64,000 nt of DNA from an uncultured Candidatus Saccharibacteria bacterium (lineage in GTDB: Bacteria; Patescibacteriota; Saccharimonadia; JAGOAT01; CAYZIP01). A program made the position numbers and the translations under genes. Shown here one piece after another: positions 32,301 through 40,387 of the stretch. Where the stretch lies: assembly GCA_964478695.1 (NCBI GenBank), contig CAYZIP010000004.1:401-64400 (forward strand). Reading direction: 5' to 3'. The notes under the pieces are model-generated. The model had not been told where the DNA came from and made no database searches. It saw only the letters and a list, made by a program, of their open reading frames with translations. The first letter of the stretch is position 1, and the number at the start of each line of letters is the position of its first letter.

Positions 32301-33074
32301 TCTTTTTTGATATCTTTTCTTCTTTTGGCCTTGAGCTTCTTCAACATTGGCCTTGATTTCTTCTATACATTTAGAAATATCAACTTTTTTTAGTAATTCT
32401 AAAATAGCCTCGGCTCCAATACTGGCCTTAAATAAATCACTATAATGTTCAGTCAAAAATCTATATTGAGATTCGGTCAACAAAGATCTATTGTTTAAAT
32501 TAGTTAGCTCTGTTCTTTTATTTTGATACAGAGCATGAATTTCTTCTACCATAGCAGTCTCTGGATTATCCCCAAGATCCTTGATAGCCTCATTATGATC
32601 TTGCTTGATGGCTTCTAGAGCTAGTTTTTTCTTATCTTGATCTAAACTAACCACGATAAAATTAGCAAAGTAATTCACTCTCTCCAAGTCTTTAACAGAC
32701 ATATCTAGGATTAAACTTACAGTAGAAGGAGTATTACGTAAGAACCATAAATGAGTCACTGGCACTGCCAAATCTATATGCCCCATACGTTCACGTCTTA
32801 AAACGCTACGACTTAACAAAACCCCACACTTATCACAAGTAACACCCTTGTATCTAATGCCTTTATATTTACCACAATAACATTGGAAGTCCTTGGTTGG
32901 TCCAAATATTTTCTCACAAAACAAACCATCTTTTTCTGGTCTTAAAGAGCGGTAATTAATAGTTTCTGGTTTCTTGACTTCCCCGTAAGACCATTTCTTA
33001 ATATCTTCAGGTGAAGCCAGACTAATCTTGAGGGAATTAATCTTGATGGACTGTGTATCTTGATGACTGTTCAT
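29310..33074 (-). CDS. rpoC: DNA-directed RNA polymerase beta' subunit (single unsplit gene, 1254 aa)
   Basis: Zn-binding CYCGKYKGIRYKGVTCDKCGV, catalytic NADFDGD. Confidence 0.96.
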   Translation of the reverse strand: MNSHQDTQSIKINSLKISLASPEDIKKWSYGEVKKPETINYRSLRPEKDGLFCEKIFGPTKDFQCYCGKYKGIRYKGVTCDKCGVLLSRSVLRRERMGHIDLAVPVTHLWFLRNTPSTVSLILDMSVKDLERVNYFANFIVVSLDQDKKKLALEAIKQDHNEAIKDLGDNPETAMVEEIHALYQNKRTELTNLNNRSLLTESQYRFLTEHYSDLFKASIGAEAILELLKKVDISKCIEEIKANVEEAQGQKKKRYQKRLRLFEGLGLANIKPEWMIIHSLPVIPPDLRPMVQLDGGRFATSDLNDLYRRVINRNNRLKRLKELDAPEVICRNEKRMLQEAVDALIDNNARREKMNTAASARKRYNSLTDLLKGKKGRFRQNLLGKRVDYSGRSVIVVGPDLRIDQCGLPKTMAMELFRPFVVGKLISDGITHNVRSANRMIEVGYTEIWDALEEVIKGKYVLLNRAPTLHRLGIQAFKPILVEGKAIRLHPLICAAFNADFDGDTAAVHLPLSAASQWEAENILLSKHNLLKPASGDPIISPSNDIVIGIYFLTTVTKGSKGEGKYFANAEQAIIAHDLEEVALGSLIKILIDGEIVETTVGRIIFNQILPPEIGFVNRELGKAAQKEVLAQVHESSDSDTTARVADNIKDLGFHYASISGLSISMGDMDYTTSHRQYIGEAEKQVVALDDLFEQGLISSEEKHNRVVAYWQEAVKKVEKELKTLFQDTVNQNALSKFVGSGSKGNFNQINQISGMIGMITDSSGGVVELPIKSNYKTGLNSLEYFVSCHGARKGLVDTALRTAESGYMTRKLVDVAQDQVIKTQDCGDDQGYSINKADTIISGESKFMQWIEGRMAAQDLAGIVKKGDIISAKQAKAIEDQEESFNIRSILSCKLKEGICANCYGIDLARGAVVKVGEPVGIIAAQSIGEPGTQLTMRTIHSGGVFMEDITQGLPRVEEIFEVRNPKGEALLADINGTATIVEGDAGSTVRIETESSIIDSIVLQEGDKVKAKNGAEIKAGAVVISRGKEKIFASVDARVQVLSDRIDFLTAGFRAVEYTVAKNKKLLINDGQKVSIGDQLTEGSLNLQDLMRLKNKEAVQRYVIREIQAIYFSQGERINSKHIELIIRRMFSRIRVTDVGDSKLVTGEIVSIKTFQDAVEQADKDKKEKPTGELLLMPISRISVSSDSWLAAASFQETTKVLINSSLNGRVDYLRGLKENVIIGQLIPAGTGLHANPSGDDNSMNDTSGIDQ

Positions 33075-33075
33075 A

Positions 33076-36000
33076 TTAAATCTCCTCTTCTACATTAATT
33101 ATTGTTTCTTCAACCGTTACTACCTCTACTGGGCTTGGTAAACTTTCGTCATTTTGTTCTGACAAGCCCTGAGCTTCATCATCGCTAACAACCCCATCTA
33201 CTTCACCATCCATAGTGTCACCACTACCCATACTATCTATATCCATCTCTGTTGATTCGCTTACTAATACCGCTGAATCGACCTGAGCAGCATCAAAACT
33301 ATCCTCTACAGTTACTGTTAGACATAGTGCTTCTAGCTCTTTAATCAAAACCTTAAATGACTCTGGTACTCTAATTCCACTGATAGGTTCATTTTTAATC
33401 ATTGACTCAAAGGCCTTTGATCTACCAATCACATCATCAGATTTGGTAGTTAACATTTCTTGTAGTGTGTAAGCAGCTCCATAAGCCTCTAAAGCCCATA
33501 CTTCCATCTCTCCGAATCTTTGGCCTCCTAATAAAGATTTACCACCGATAGGCTGCTGAGTAACCATGGCATATGGACCTGTCGAACGGGTATGCATCTT
33601 ATCATCTACCATGTGACTTAGTTTTAGCATATACATTTGACCAACAAACACTTTATCATCAAAAGGCTTGCCGCTCTTACCGTCATATAGAGTAACTTTT
33701 CCAGATGAGTCCAGATTTGACTCTGCTGCTAATTCCTTAATAGTATCTAGACTAATACCATCAAAAACAGGTGTGGCTACCTTAATATTCATCTTGTGAG
33801 CTATTCCTCCCAGGTATGTCTCCATCACTTGTCCAATATTCATACGAGAAATAATACCCAAAGGATTTAAGATAATATCAACCGGATTACCTTCGCTGTC
33901 ATAAGGCATATCTTCCACTGGCAATATCCTAGAAACAACTCCTTTGTTACCATGCCTTCCAGCCATTTTATCTCCAATAGAAATTTTACGCCACTGAGCT
34001 ACAGAAATATGAATTTCTTGTAAAACTCCTGTACTAGTTTCTTTAGGCAAACCTTTGCCAGAAAACACTTTAACATCTATTACTTTACCTGATTCTCCAT
34101 TAGGTAATCTCAGTGAAGTGTCTCTGACTTCTCTAGCTTTTTCTCCGAATATGGCTCTAAGTAGTCTTTCTTCAGCTGATAGCTCAGACTCACCCTTAGG
34201 AGTAATTTTACCTACTAAAATACTTCCGGCCCTAACATCTGCTCCGATGCGAATGATACCATTCTCGTCTAAATCTTTTAAGGCATCTTCGCTAGCATTA
34301 GGAATATCTCTGGTTACCTGCTCGGCCCCAAGCTTAGTATCTCTAACATCTACTTTATGTGTTTCAATATGCAAAGAACTGAATTTCTCGGCACTAACTA
34401 CTCTTTCTGATAAAATGATGGAATCTTCAAATCCTAGTCCATTAAAGCTCATAAAGGCTACTGATACATTCTGCCCTAGGCTAAGTTCTCCTCCAATAGT
34501 ACTAAAACCGTCTACCAAAACATCACCTTTTTTGAATTTATCTCCACTGACAAAACGAGCATATTGCTGAATAGCTACACCTTGATTACTTCTAACAAAT
34601 TTTTGTAAATGATAAACTACTGATTTGCCTCCACTATATCCTACGGTCAAATGATTAGCATCAATAGATTTTACTACTCCATCATCTTCAGCCACAACAA
34701 CTACAGAAGAAGATTCTCCTACCAAACGCTCCATACCAGTCCCCACAATAGGGGATTCCGTGATCAATGGAGGGACAGCTTGTCTTTGCATATTAGAAGC
34801 CATAAGATTTCTTCGGCTGGCATTATGCTCAAAGAAAGGAACCAAAGATCCAGATACACCAACTATTTGACTTCCAGTAATATCCATATGAGTGACTTCA
34901 TCAGAATCTACTTCTTCGGCATGAGCTTTGGCTGTACGTACAGAAACTCTACTATCTATAATTTTTCCTTTACTGTCTAGATCCATAGTAGATTGAGCTA
35001 TGACTGCTTTTAGCTCATCATAAGCATCTAAATATTCTATTTCATCGGTGACTACCTTATTTTTAACCTTAAAATAAGGTGTTTCAATAAAACCAAAGTC
35101 ATTCACTCTGGCATAAACACAAAGATTAGACACTAGTCCAATATTGGGACCTTCTGGGGTTTCAACTGGACAAATCCTTCCATAATGTGATGGGTGTACA
35201 TCTCTTACTTCAAAGCCAGCTCTTTCTCTAGATAAACCTCCAGGACCCAGAGCAGTAATACGCCTTTTATTGGCAATCTCTGATAATGGATTAGTTTGAT
35301 CCATGAATTGTGACAACTGTGAAGAGTTAAAGAACTCACGTACGGCTGCCATAACAGGTCGGACATTAACTAAGTTCACCGGCATTACTTCTTCGGCAGA
35401 AGCCATAGTCATACGGTCTCTGGCTATTCTCTCCATACGCAGCATTCCAGAACGAAAAGCTTTGACTGTTAACTCACCCACTGTTCTCAGCCTTCTATTA
35501 TACAAAGCATCTATATCATCAGCCGGGACACTAGGATCAATGTATAGTCTAACTGTCTCATGAGCTACTTTTAATAAATCATCTAAGCTTAGAACTCTAC
35601 TGCTATTATTTTCTACATCAAATCTTTTAGCAAATTTATAACGACCTACTCTAGATAGATCATAACGACGGCCATCGAAAAACATTCCTTCTAGCATAGC
35701 CATAGCTCCATCAGCCGTTAGTTTGTCGCCTGGTCTAAGCTTAGTAAATACATCAGTTAAAGCCTGAGCCCTACTGGTAATATGATCTTTTTCTAAAGTT
35801 TTATTAATAACGGCCATCCCTGCGTCTCCTAGATCTTTGAACAAGGCTTTAATGGCAGTATTAGAATCAAGACCAAATGCTTTTAATAAAATCGTAGCTA
35901 AAATACGACGCTTTTTATCTATCTTGGCCGTCATTAAGCCATTACGATTAATTTCAAATTCTATCCAGGCTCCTCTACTGGGAACAATTTTAGAAGCAAC

Positions 36001-36468
36001 TTGTCCATCTATTTCTCTACTAAACAATACTCCTGGACAGCGATGCAGCTGCGGGGTTACCACTCTTTCTATACCATTCACTATGAATGTTCCATCTTTG
36101 GTAATGATTGGATAATCACCAAAGTAAAGCTCCTGAGTTCTCTCTTCTCCAGTAGATAATATTTTTAAAGTGGCTTCTAGCCTAATAGTAGCTTCATATG
36201 TAGCATTGGTAGCCTTAGCTTCTTCTGGGGTAATGCTTGGTTCATCAAAATAATAATCACCAAAACTAAGTTCATATAGTTTATTATTAAAGTCCGAAAT
36301 AGGGGAAGATGCTGCCAATAGTTCTCCCAAGCCCTCTCTTTTGAACCATTCAAAAGATTTATTTTGTATCTCTATTAAATTAAGTTTTGGTAATGATTTT
36401 TTATTTTTAATATTGTTAAAGTACATCCTTTTATGGACTAATTGGGCATTTGCTAAAGAGCTTGACAT
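33076..36468 (-). CDS. rpoB: DNA-directed RNA polymerase beta subunit with acidic C-terminal tail
   Basis: Conserved beta-subunit blocks; C-terminal tail of about 75 residues rich in D/E/S/V. Confidence 0.95.
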   Translation of the reverse strand: MSSSLANAQLVHKRMYFNNIKNKKSLPKLNLIEIQNKSFEWFKREGLGELLAASSPISDFNNKLYELSFGDYYFDEPSITPEEAKATNATYEATIRLEATLKILSTGEERTQELYFGDYPIITKDGTFIVNGIERVVTPQLHRCPGVLFSREIDGQVASKIVPSRGAWIEFEINRNGLMTAKIDKKRRILATILLKAFGLDSNTAIKALFKDLGDAGMAVINKTLEKDHITSRAQALTDVFTKLRPGDKLTADGAMAMLEGMFFDGRRYDLSRVGRYKFAKRFDVENNSSRVLSLDDLLKVAHETVRLYIDPSVPADDIDALYNRRLRTVGELTVKAFRSGMLRMERIARDRMTMASAEEVMPVNLVNVRPVMAAVREFFNSSQLSQFMDQTNPLSEIANKRRITALGPGGLSRERAGFEVRDVHPSHYGRICPVETPEGPNIGLVSNLCVYARVNDFGFIETPYFKVKNKVVTDEIEYLDAYDELKAVIAQSTMDLDSKGKIIDSRVSVRTAKAHAEEVDSDEVTHMDITGSQIVGVSGSLVPFFEHNASRRNLMASNMQRQAVPPLITESPIVGTGMERLVGESSSVVVVAEDDGVVKSIDANHLTVGYSGGKSVVYHLQKFVRSNQGVAIQQYARFVSGDKFKKGDVLVDGFSTIGGELSLGQNVSVAFMSFNGLGFEDSIILSERVVSAEKFSSLHIETHKVDVRDTKLGAEQVTRDIPNASEDALKDLDENGIIRIGADVRAGSILVGKITPKGESELSAEERLLRAIFGEKAREVRDTSLRLPNGESGKVIDVKVFSGKGLPKETSTGVLQEIHISVAQWRKISIGDKMAGRHGNKGVVSRILPVEDMPYDSEGNPVDIILNPLGIISRMNIGQVMETYLGGIAHKMNIKVATPVFDGISLDTIKELAAESNLDSSGKVTLYDGKSGKPFDDKVFVGQMYMLKLSHMVDDKMHTRSTGPYAMVTQQPIGGKSLLGGQRFGEMEVWALEAYGAAYTLQEMLTTKSDDVIGRSKAFESMIKNEPISGIRVPESFKVLIKELEALCLTVTVEDSFDAAQVDSAVLVSESTEMDIDSMGSGDTMDGEVDGVVSDDEAQGLSEQNDESLPSPVEVVTVEETIINVEEEI

Positions 36469-36619
36469 TCTCTCTCCTGTTTAAAAGGTTATTTTTAGGG
36501 ACAATAAAAAAATACCAGACTTTAAAGACATTTCTTTACCCTTAAAAGCAAGTAAAATAAAGAAAGATCTTTAAAATAGCCTGGTATTCCTTTGTTAAAA
36601 ACTATGATAACATGGTAGT

Positions 36620-37210
36620 TTATGAAGCGTCAATAACTTTATCAACTAATCCATACTTTTTAGCCTCACTGGCACTTAGCCATGTATCCTTATCTGTATC
36701 CTGAGTAATCTTATCTAGGCTCTGCCCACTATGATGGGCTAATATTTTATCTAATTTCTTACGAGCTAGTATGAGCTCTCTAGCCATAATCTCTACCTCA
36801 TTAGAAGTTCCCTTAAAGCCACCACTAGCTTGATGTATCATAATCCTAGCATTGGGTAAAATAAATCTTTTCCCAGGAGCTCCGGCTGCAGCCAAAACTG
36901 CCCCCATAGAGGCTGCCTTACCTATAACAATAGTACTAACTGGTGACTTGATAAAGTTCATGGTGTCATAAATAGCCAAGCCATCATCAACACTGCCTCC
37001 AGGAGAATTAATATACATCTTTATTTCTTGTCCGCTGGCAGCATTTTCGAGAAATAAGAGCTGTGCCACTATAGCATTAGCTATTTGAAAATCTACATCT
37101 GTTCCTAAAAATATTACCCTCTCTTTTAATAATCGAGAGTAAATATCATAAGCTCTCTCTCCATGAGGACCTTCTTCTACTACCATTGGAATCATATTAT
37201 TTATCTTCAT
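36620..37210 (-). CDS. clpP: ATP-dependent Clp protease proteolytic subunit
   Basis: Ser-His-Asp triad context ([16 protein letters not shown]); 196 aa. Confidence 0.93.
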   Translation of the reverse strand: MKINNMIPMVVEEGPHGERAYDIYSRLLKERVIFLGTDVDFQIANAIVAQLLFLENAASGQEIKMYINSPGGSVDDGLAIYDTMNFIKSPVSTIVIGKAASMGAVLAAAGAPGKRFILPNARIMIHQASGGFKGTSNEVEIMARELILARKKLDKILAHHSGQSLDKITQDTDKDTWLSASEAKKYGLVDKVIDAS

Positions 37211-37228
37211 TATAAACCCCTTAAACTT

Positions 37229-38026
37229 TTAAGATTTCTTAACTGATTTATTAACCAGCAATAAGTCTCTGACTTTACCAGAAAACATTTGCCAGATAAT
37301 AGATGCTCTAAAATTCTCATAATTACGCCTATCAAGACTCTTATTTTTTTTCTTATTAGGCTGATAGCCATAAAATAGGGACATGAGCTGATTATCATCT
37401 ACTTTGACCTCTAGCTCTTCGGCTAAAGTGGCAAAAATTAGATCTCTACGTATCTGCTCTTCAATATCTTTAATATCGTGGGAATGATTTTCAGAGCTAT
37501 CATGTTCTTGATGTTGCTTTAAGGTATCATCAATTAATTTTTGAGGTATTTTCACTATACTATCTTGACTGATTTGATCAAAGAAACTAGATATTTTCTC
37601 TGATATTATTTGATCACTATCATCTTTACCAATAGCCCATTTTTTATCTTGGGCCTTTTTCTTATAATCAGACAGTGTTACTTTTGGTTTTAATATAAAT
37701 GACATCTGTACATAAAAGCCATTATCTTTAGGATTAGCATTAAAATCGATCACTTCTGAGCGACCTATGTAATCTATATCTTGGCTTTCTTTATCCCGCA
37801 GAGCTTGGTCTGCTAGCTCTAACATAATATCAATAATCAACTGGCCTGGTTCTATTTGACTTTTTATTAATGCTAATGGGACTTTACCTTTTCTAAAGCC
37901 ACTAACACTACTTTTGGTAGCCATTTTTTTTAAAACCTTATTCTCGGCGGCTAAATGTTCTTCTATAGAAAAAATATATTTTACTTTTAGAACTCCATCT
38001 TCTACTTGCGACTTCTCTACTTGCAT
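37229..38026 (-). CDS. tig: Trigger factor, short form (265 aa); ribosome-binding N-domain present, PPIase domain apparently absent
   Basis: TF signature GFRKGKVP near residue 43; C-terminal helical segment; no FKBP-like region; directly upstream of clpP. Confidence 0.65.
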   Translation of the reverse strand: MQVEKSQVEDGVLKVKYIFSIEEHLAAENKVLKKMATKSSVSGFRKGKVPLALIKSQIEPGQLIIDIMLELADQALRDKESQDIDYIGRSEVIDFNANPKDNGFYVQMSFILKPKVTLSDYKKKAQDKKWAIGKDDSDQIISEKISSFFDQISQDSIVKIPQKLIDDTLKQHQEHDSSENHSHDIKDIEEQIRRDLIFATLAEELEVKVDDNQLMSLFYGYQPNKKKNKSLDRRNYENFRASIIWQMFSGKVRDLLLVNKSVKKS

Positions 38027-38228
38027 AAATATTCCTTAAAGCTCCTTATACTAACAATAAATTTAGGAAGTGTAGGTATTTTACCACTTATTTATATTAT
38101 AAAGTATTAACTATTGAGTGGTCTAGTAAGTTCATTAATATTTAAATAGGGAAGACCCCATCCCACAAAGAACCATTAAATAGTTCTTTGATGCAGGATG
38201 AGGTCCGTATTACTTACTTCTGCAACTC

Positions 38229-38660
38229 CTACTCTGACTTGTCTCCACCAGATGTCTGAGTATCGATGTCCGGAATAATAGTCTCCGGCCTAAAGATCAC
38301 TCGATAGTGGTACACATCCACATCTGCTGGACTGATTTGTTCCACAAAATAAGACACATTGTCAGACAAACCAAGAAAGTGTTTCTTGTAGGATTTCCTG
38401 CCATCTTTGCAGGTTACCTCGATCTGATCATCCATACTATCTGCTTGGATAGAACAAAGTCCCTGGATTTCCAGCAGATAGGTGTCGGTGATACCGTTGA
38501 AGAAGACAATTCTTCGATTAATTTCGAAGGAATCGGCAGCCTTCGAGAGATTCTCAGAGGCTACTTGAGCCTTGCTGTCACATGCTGCCCCCATCATCAG
38601 CATTGAGATGGCTATAATGGCCAACGGCATCATGGCTACTTTTTTAATTAACTTACCCAT
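38229..38660 (-). CDS. Small secreted lipoprotein of unknown function, encoded in a GC-shifted segment (about 48% GC)
   Basis: Start reassigned to MGKLIKK..., which has AAGGAG 8 nt upstream. Signal peptide with lipobox LMMGAAC. Codon usage (ctg, ggc, gcc, ccg) is atypical for this window. The ORF-track start at 38711 lies inside a hairpin loop. Confidence 0.55.
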   Translation of the reverse strand: MGKLIKKVAMMPLAIIAISMLMMGAACDSKAQVASENLSKAADSFEINRRIVFFNGITDTYLLEIQGLCSIQADSMDDQIEVTCKDGRKSYKKHFLGLSDNVSYFVEQISPADVDVYHYRVIFRPETIIPDIDTQTSGGDKSE

Positions 38661-38682
38661 AGTTAGTTCTCCTTTTGTGTGT

Positions 38683-38733
38683 TGAAATGGGATGATTAAA
38701 TATATTTTCATTATCTTTAATCATCCCATTTCA
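38683..38733. repeat. 18-bp perfect inverted repeat (TGAAATGGGATGATTAAA / TTTAATCATCCCATTTCA) with a 15-nt loop, immediately upstream of the lipoprotein RBS
   Basis: Both arms read directly and are exact reverse complements; no flanking U-tract on either strand. Confidence 0.85.
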
Positions 38734-39006
38734 AAGAGAAATAAATAAACAGCCATATTAATGGCCTTGCAGGCTAGTCTTCCCAGTAGCTAATAGATCT
38801 ATGCTTGAACCAAGTATAGTACAGATACTATAATAAACTATTATAAAAAAGTCAATATTTTTTAACCTAAATTTTCGCCATAATAGTTTATAGACTATGA
38901 CAGCCCAAAAACTTTAATATCCAGAAAATTTGGATTAATAAAATGGTTAACCGAGACAACTAAAGTTTTAGAGCGACTCTAGATCTATTGAAAAAAAAAT
39001 CAATTT

Positions 39007-39092
39007 TGGTGCGGATGAAAGGACTTGAACCTTCACGGGGTCACCCCCACTAGCTTCTAAGGCTAGCGTGTCTACCATTCCACCACATCCGC
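39007..39092 (-). tRNA. tRNA-Leu (anticodon UAG), type II with long variable arm, CCA encoded
   Basis: Reverse complement folds as acceptor GCGGATG/CATCCGC, anticodon stem CTAGC/GCTAG, loop CTTAGAA (anticodon TAG), variable stem GGGG/CCCC, T-loop TTCAAGT, 3' CCA. Confidence 0.85.
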
Positions 39093-39096
39093 ATTA

Positions 39097-39645
39097 CTAC
39101 TTTTTCACCAGATAAATTATCTTTGTCCCTCCAAACAACCTCTCCTTATAAACAGAAGCTTTGGGGCCAAAAGAATTTAGCTGTATTTTCGAGCTCATAG
39201 AAAGTACCATTACTCCTTTTGATTTTAGCAAATCCAAGGCATCTAAAGCTATATTCTGATCAAATAAAGCATATGGTGGGTCGAAAAATATAAGGTCATA
39301 TTCTTTATTATTAGATGTAATAAATGTTTCTACTTTAGTATTAAAAATATTCATTCTATCTCTGTAAGTATCATATTTATGCTTAATAAAATCAAGATTA
39401 GTCTTAGATATATCTACTAGGTCTACTGTGCTCGCACCTTGGCTTAAAGCTTCTATAGCAAGGCTACCAATGCCAGCATATAAATCCAATACACTCAGCC
39501 CTTTAATATCTCCTAAGGTATTAAAGATAGATAATAGAACTTTGTTTTGTATAGGTCTAACTCTCTTGGCATGATGAGACTTAAAGTCAATTTTAACCTT
39601 TCGGCTCATAAGCAATATCTCTGGCGGCTGCCCAGGCCGAAGCAA
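39097..39645 (-). CDS. rsmD: 16S rRNA m2G966 methyltransferase RsmD-like
   Basis: VLDLYAGIGSLAIEALSQGA (SAM motif I), FFDPPY (motif IV). Confidence 0.75.
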   Translation of the reverse strand: MLRPGQPPEILLMSRKVKIDFKSHHAKRVRPIQNKVLLSIFNTLGDIKGLSVLDLYAGIGSLAIEALSQGASTVDLVDISKTNLDFIKHKYDTYRDRMNIFNTKVETFITSNNKEYDLIFFDPPYALFDQNIALDALDLLKSKGVMVLSMSSKIQLNSFGPKASVYKERLFGGTKIIYLVKK

Positions 39646-40327
39646 TTAAGATTACTATAGATGGAACGGTTTTTCGCAGTATCATATGAGCTACCTCTAA
39701 AGACCATCCTTTGTCTAAAAACTTATTATATATATCCAGCTTGGCTATCTTCTTTGATTCTCTCACAAAGACAGCTTCTATGCCTTCCTTTTTGATTTCT
39801 TCTACCAACAGCATATGTTTAGTCTTATCTATTTTTCTTAACCACAGTACCCCTCCAGTAAGACTTTCAAAAATGACATGTTGCCTGGGGATGGACTTTA
39901 AAAACTCCCAAGCATTTAAAGCTGATATTCTTCGAATCTTAGGCATATATAAATCATCTATATGATGAGCTGGAGTCAGCCCATCAGTCAAAAAATGAGC
40001 CAGCCAAGCCATTTCAAAAGCGGCCTTATCATCATCTCTATTTCTAATAGCTGCTACTGTATTATCAAAATTAACCTTAACAAATCGTTTTAATTGTCCA
40101 ATCTCTTCTATTGGTTCCCATAAATGATTAGTATCGTGCTTGCCTTTAACCTTGAGTCCATCTGGCCCATTATAGCCCTCAAAAAATAAAATATCACTTA
40201 AGTCTGGTAATCCTTTTAATAAAGATTGCTGTTTTAAAACACTATAAGCAGCTTGATCCAGACGCTGATGTACTCCTACTTTTTTAAGCTTCCCCTTGGT
40301 CAGCACGGTTAAAAAACCAGAATTCAT
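39593..40327 (-). CDS. Hypothetical protein; possible S1/P1-nuclease or zinc phospholipase-C-like metallohydrolase
   Basis: HFLTDGLTPAHH matches the H-x3-D-x5-H zinc-ligand spacing of P1 nuclease; otherwise no clear homology. Confidence 0.3.
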   Translation of the reverse strand: MNSGFLTVLTKGKLKKVGVHQRLDQAAYSVLKQQSLLKGLPDLSDILFFEGYNGPDGLKVKGKHDTNHLWEPIEEIGQLKRFVKVNFDNTVAAIRNRDDDKAAFEMAWLAHFLTDGLTPAHHIDDLYMPKIRRISALNAWEFLKSIPRQHVIFESLTGGVLWLRKIDKTKHMLLVEEIKKEGIEAVFVRESKKIAKLDIYNKFLDKGWSLEVAHMILRKTVPSIVILIASAWAAARDIAYEPKG

Positions 40328-40387
40328 ATAAACCTTTTAAATTATTAATAAACTTCTTTAATTATAGCAATTACAAAGCTTTGATGC

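Noticed and set aside
36469-36619. Inverted repeat AATACCAGAC...GCCTGGTATT in the rpoB leader, considered as a clpP terminator or attenuator
   Set aside because: The arms have an 8/9 match, are about 60 nt apart and have no U-tract, so this is too weak to call.
37210-37398. 62-aa ORF overlapping the tig/clpP junction
   Set aside because: It overlaps the 3' end of tig in another frame, with no RBS or homology, so it is spurious.
38660-38711. Longer N-terminus (MKIYLIIPFQHTKGELT) for the lipoprotein, as in the ORF track
   Set aside because: That ATG sits in the loop of the 18-bp hairpin with no RBS. The downstream ATG at 38660 has a perfect AAGGAG and begins a proper signal peptide.
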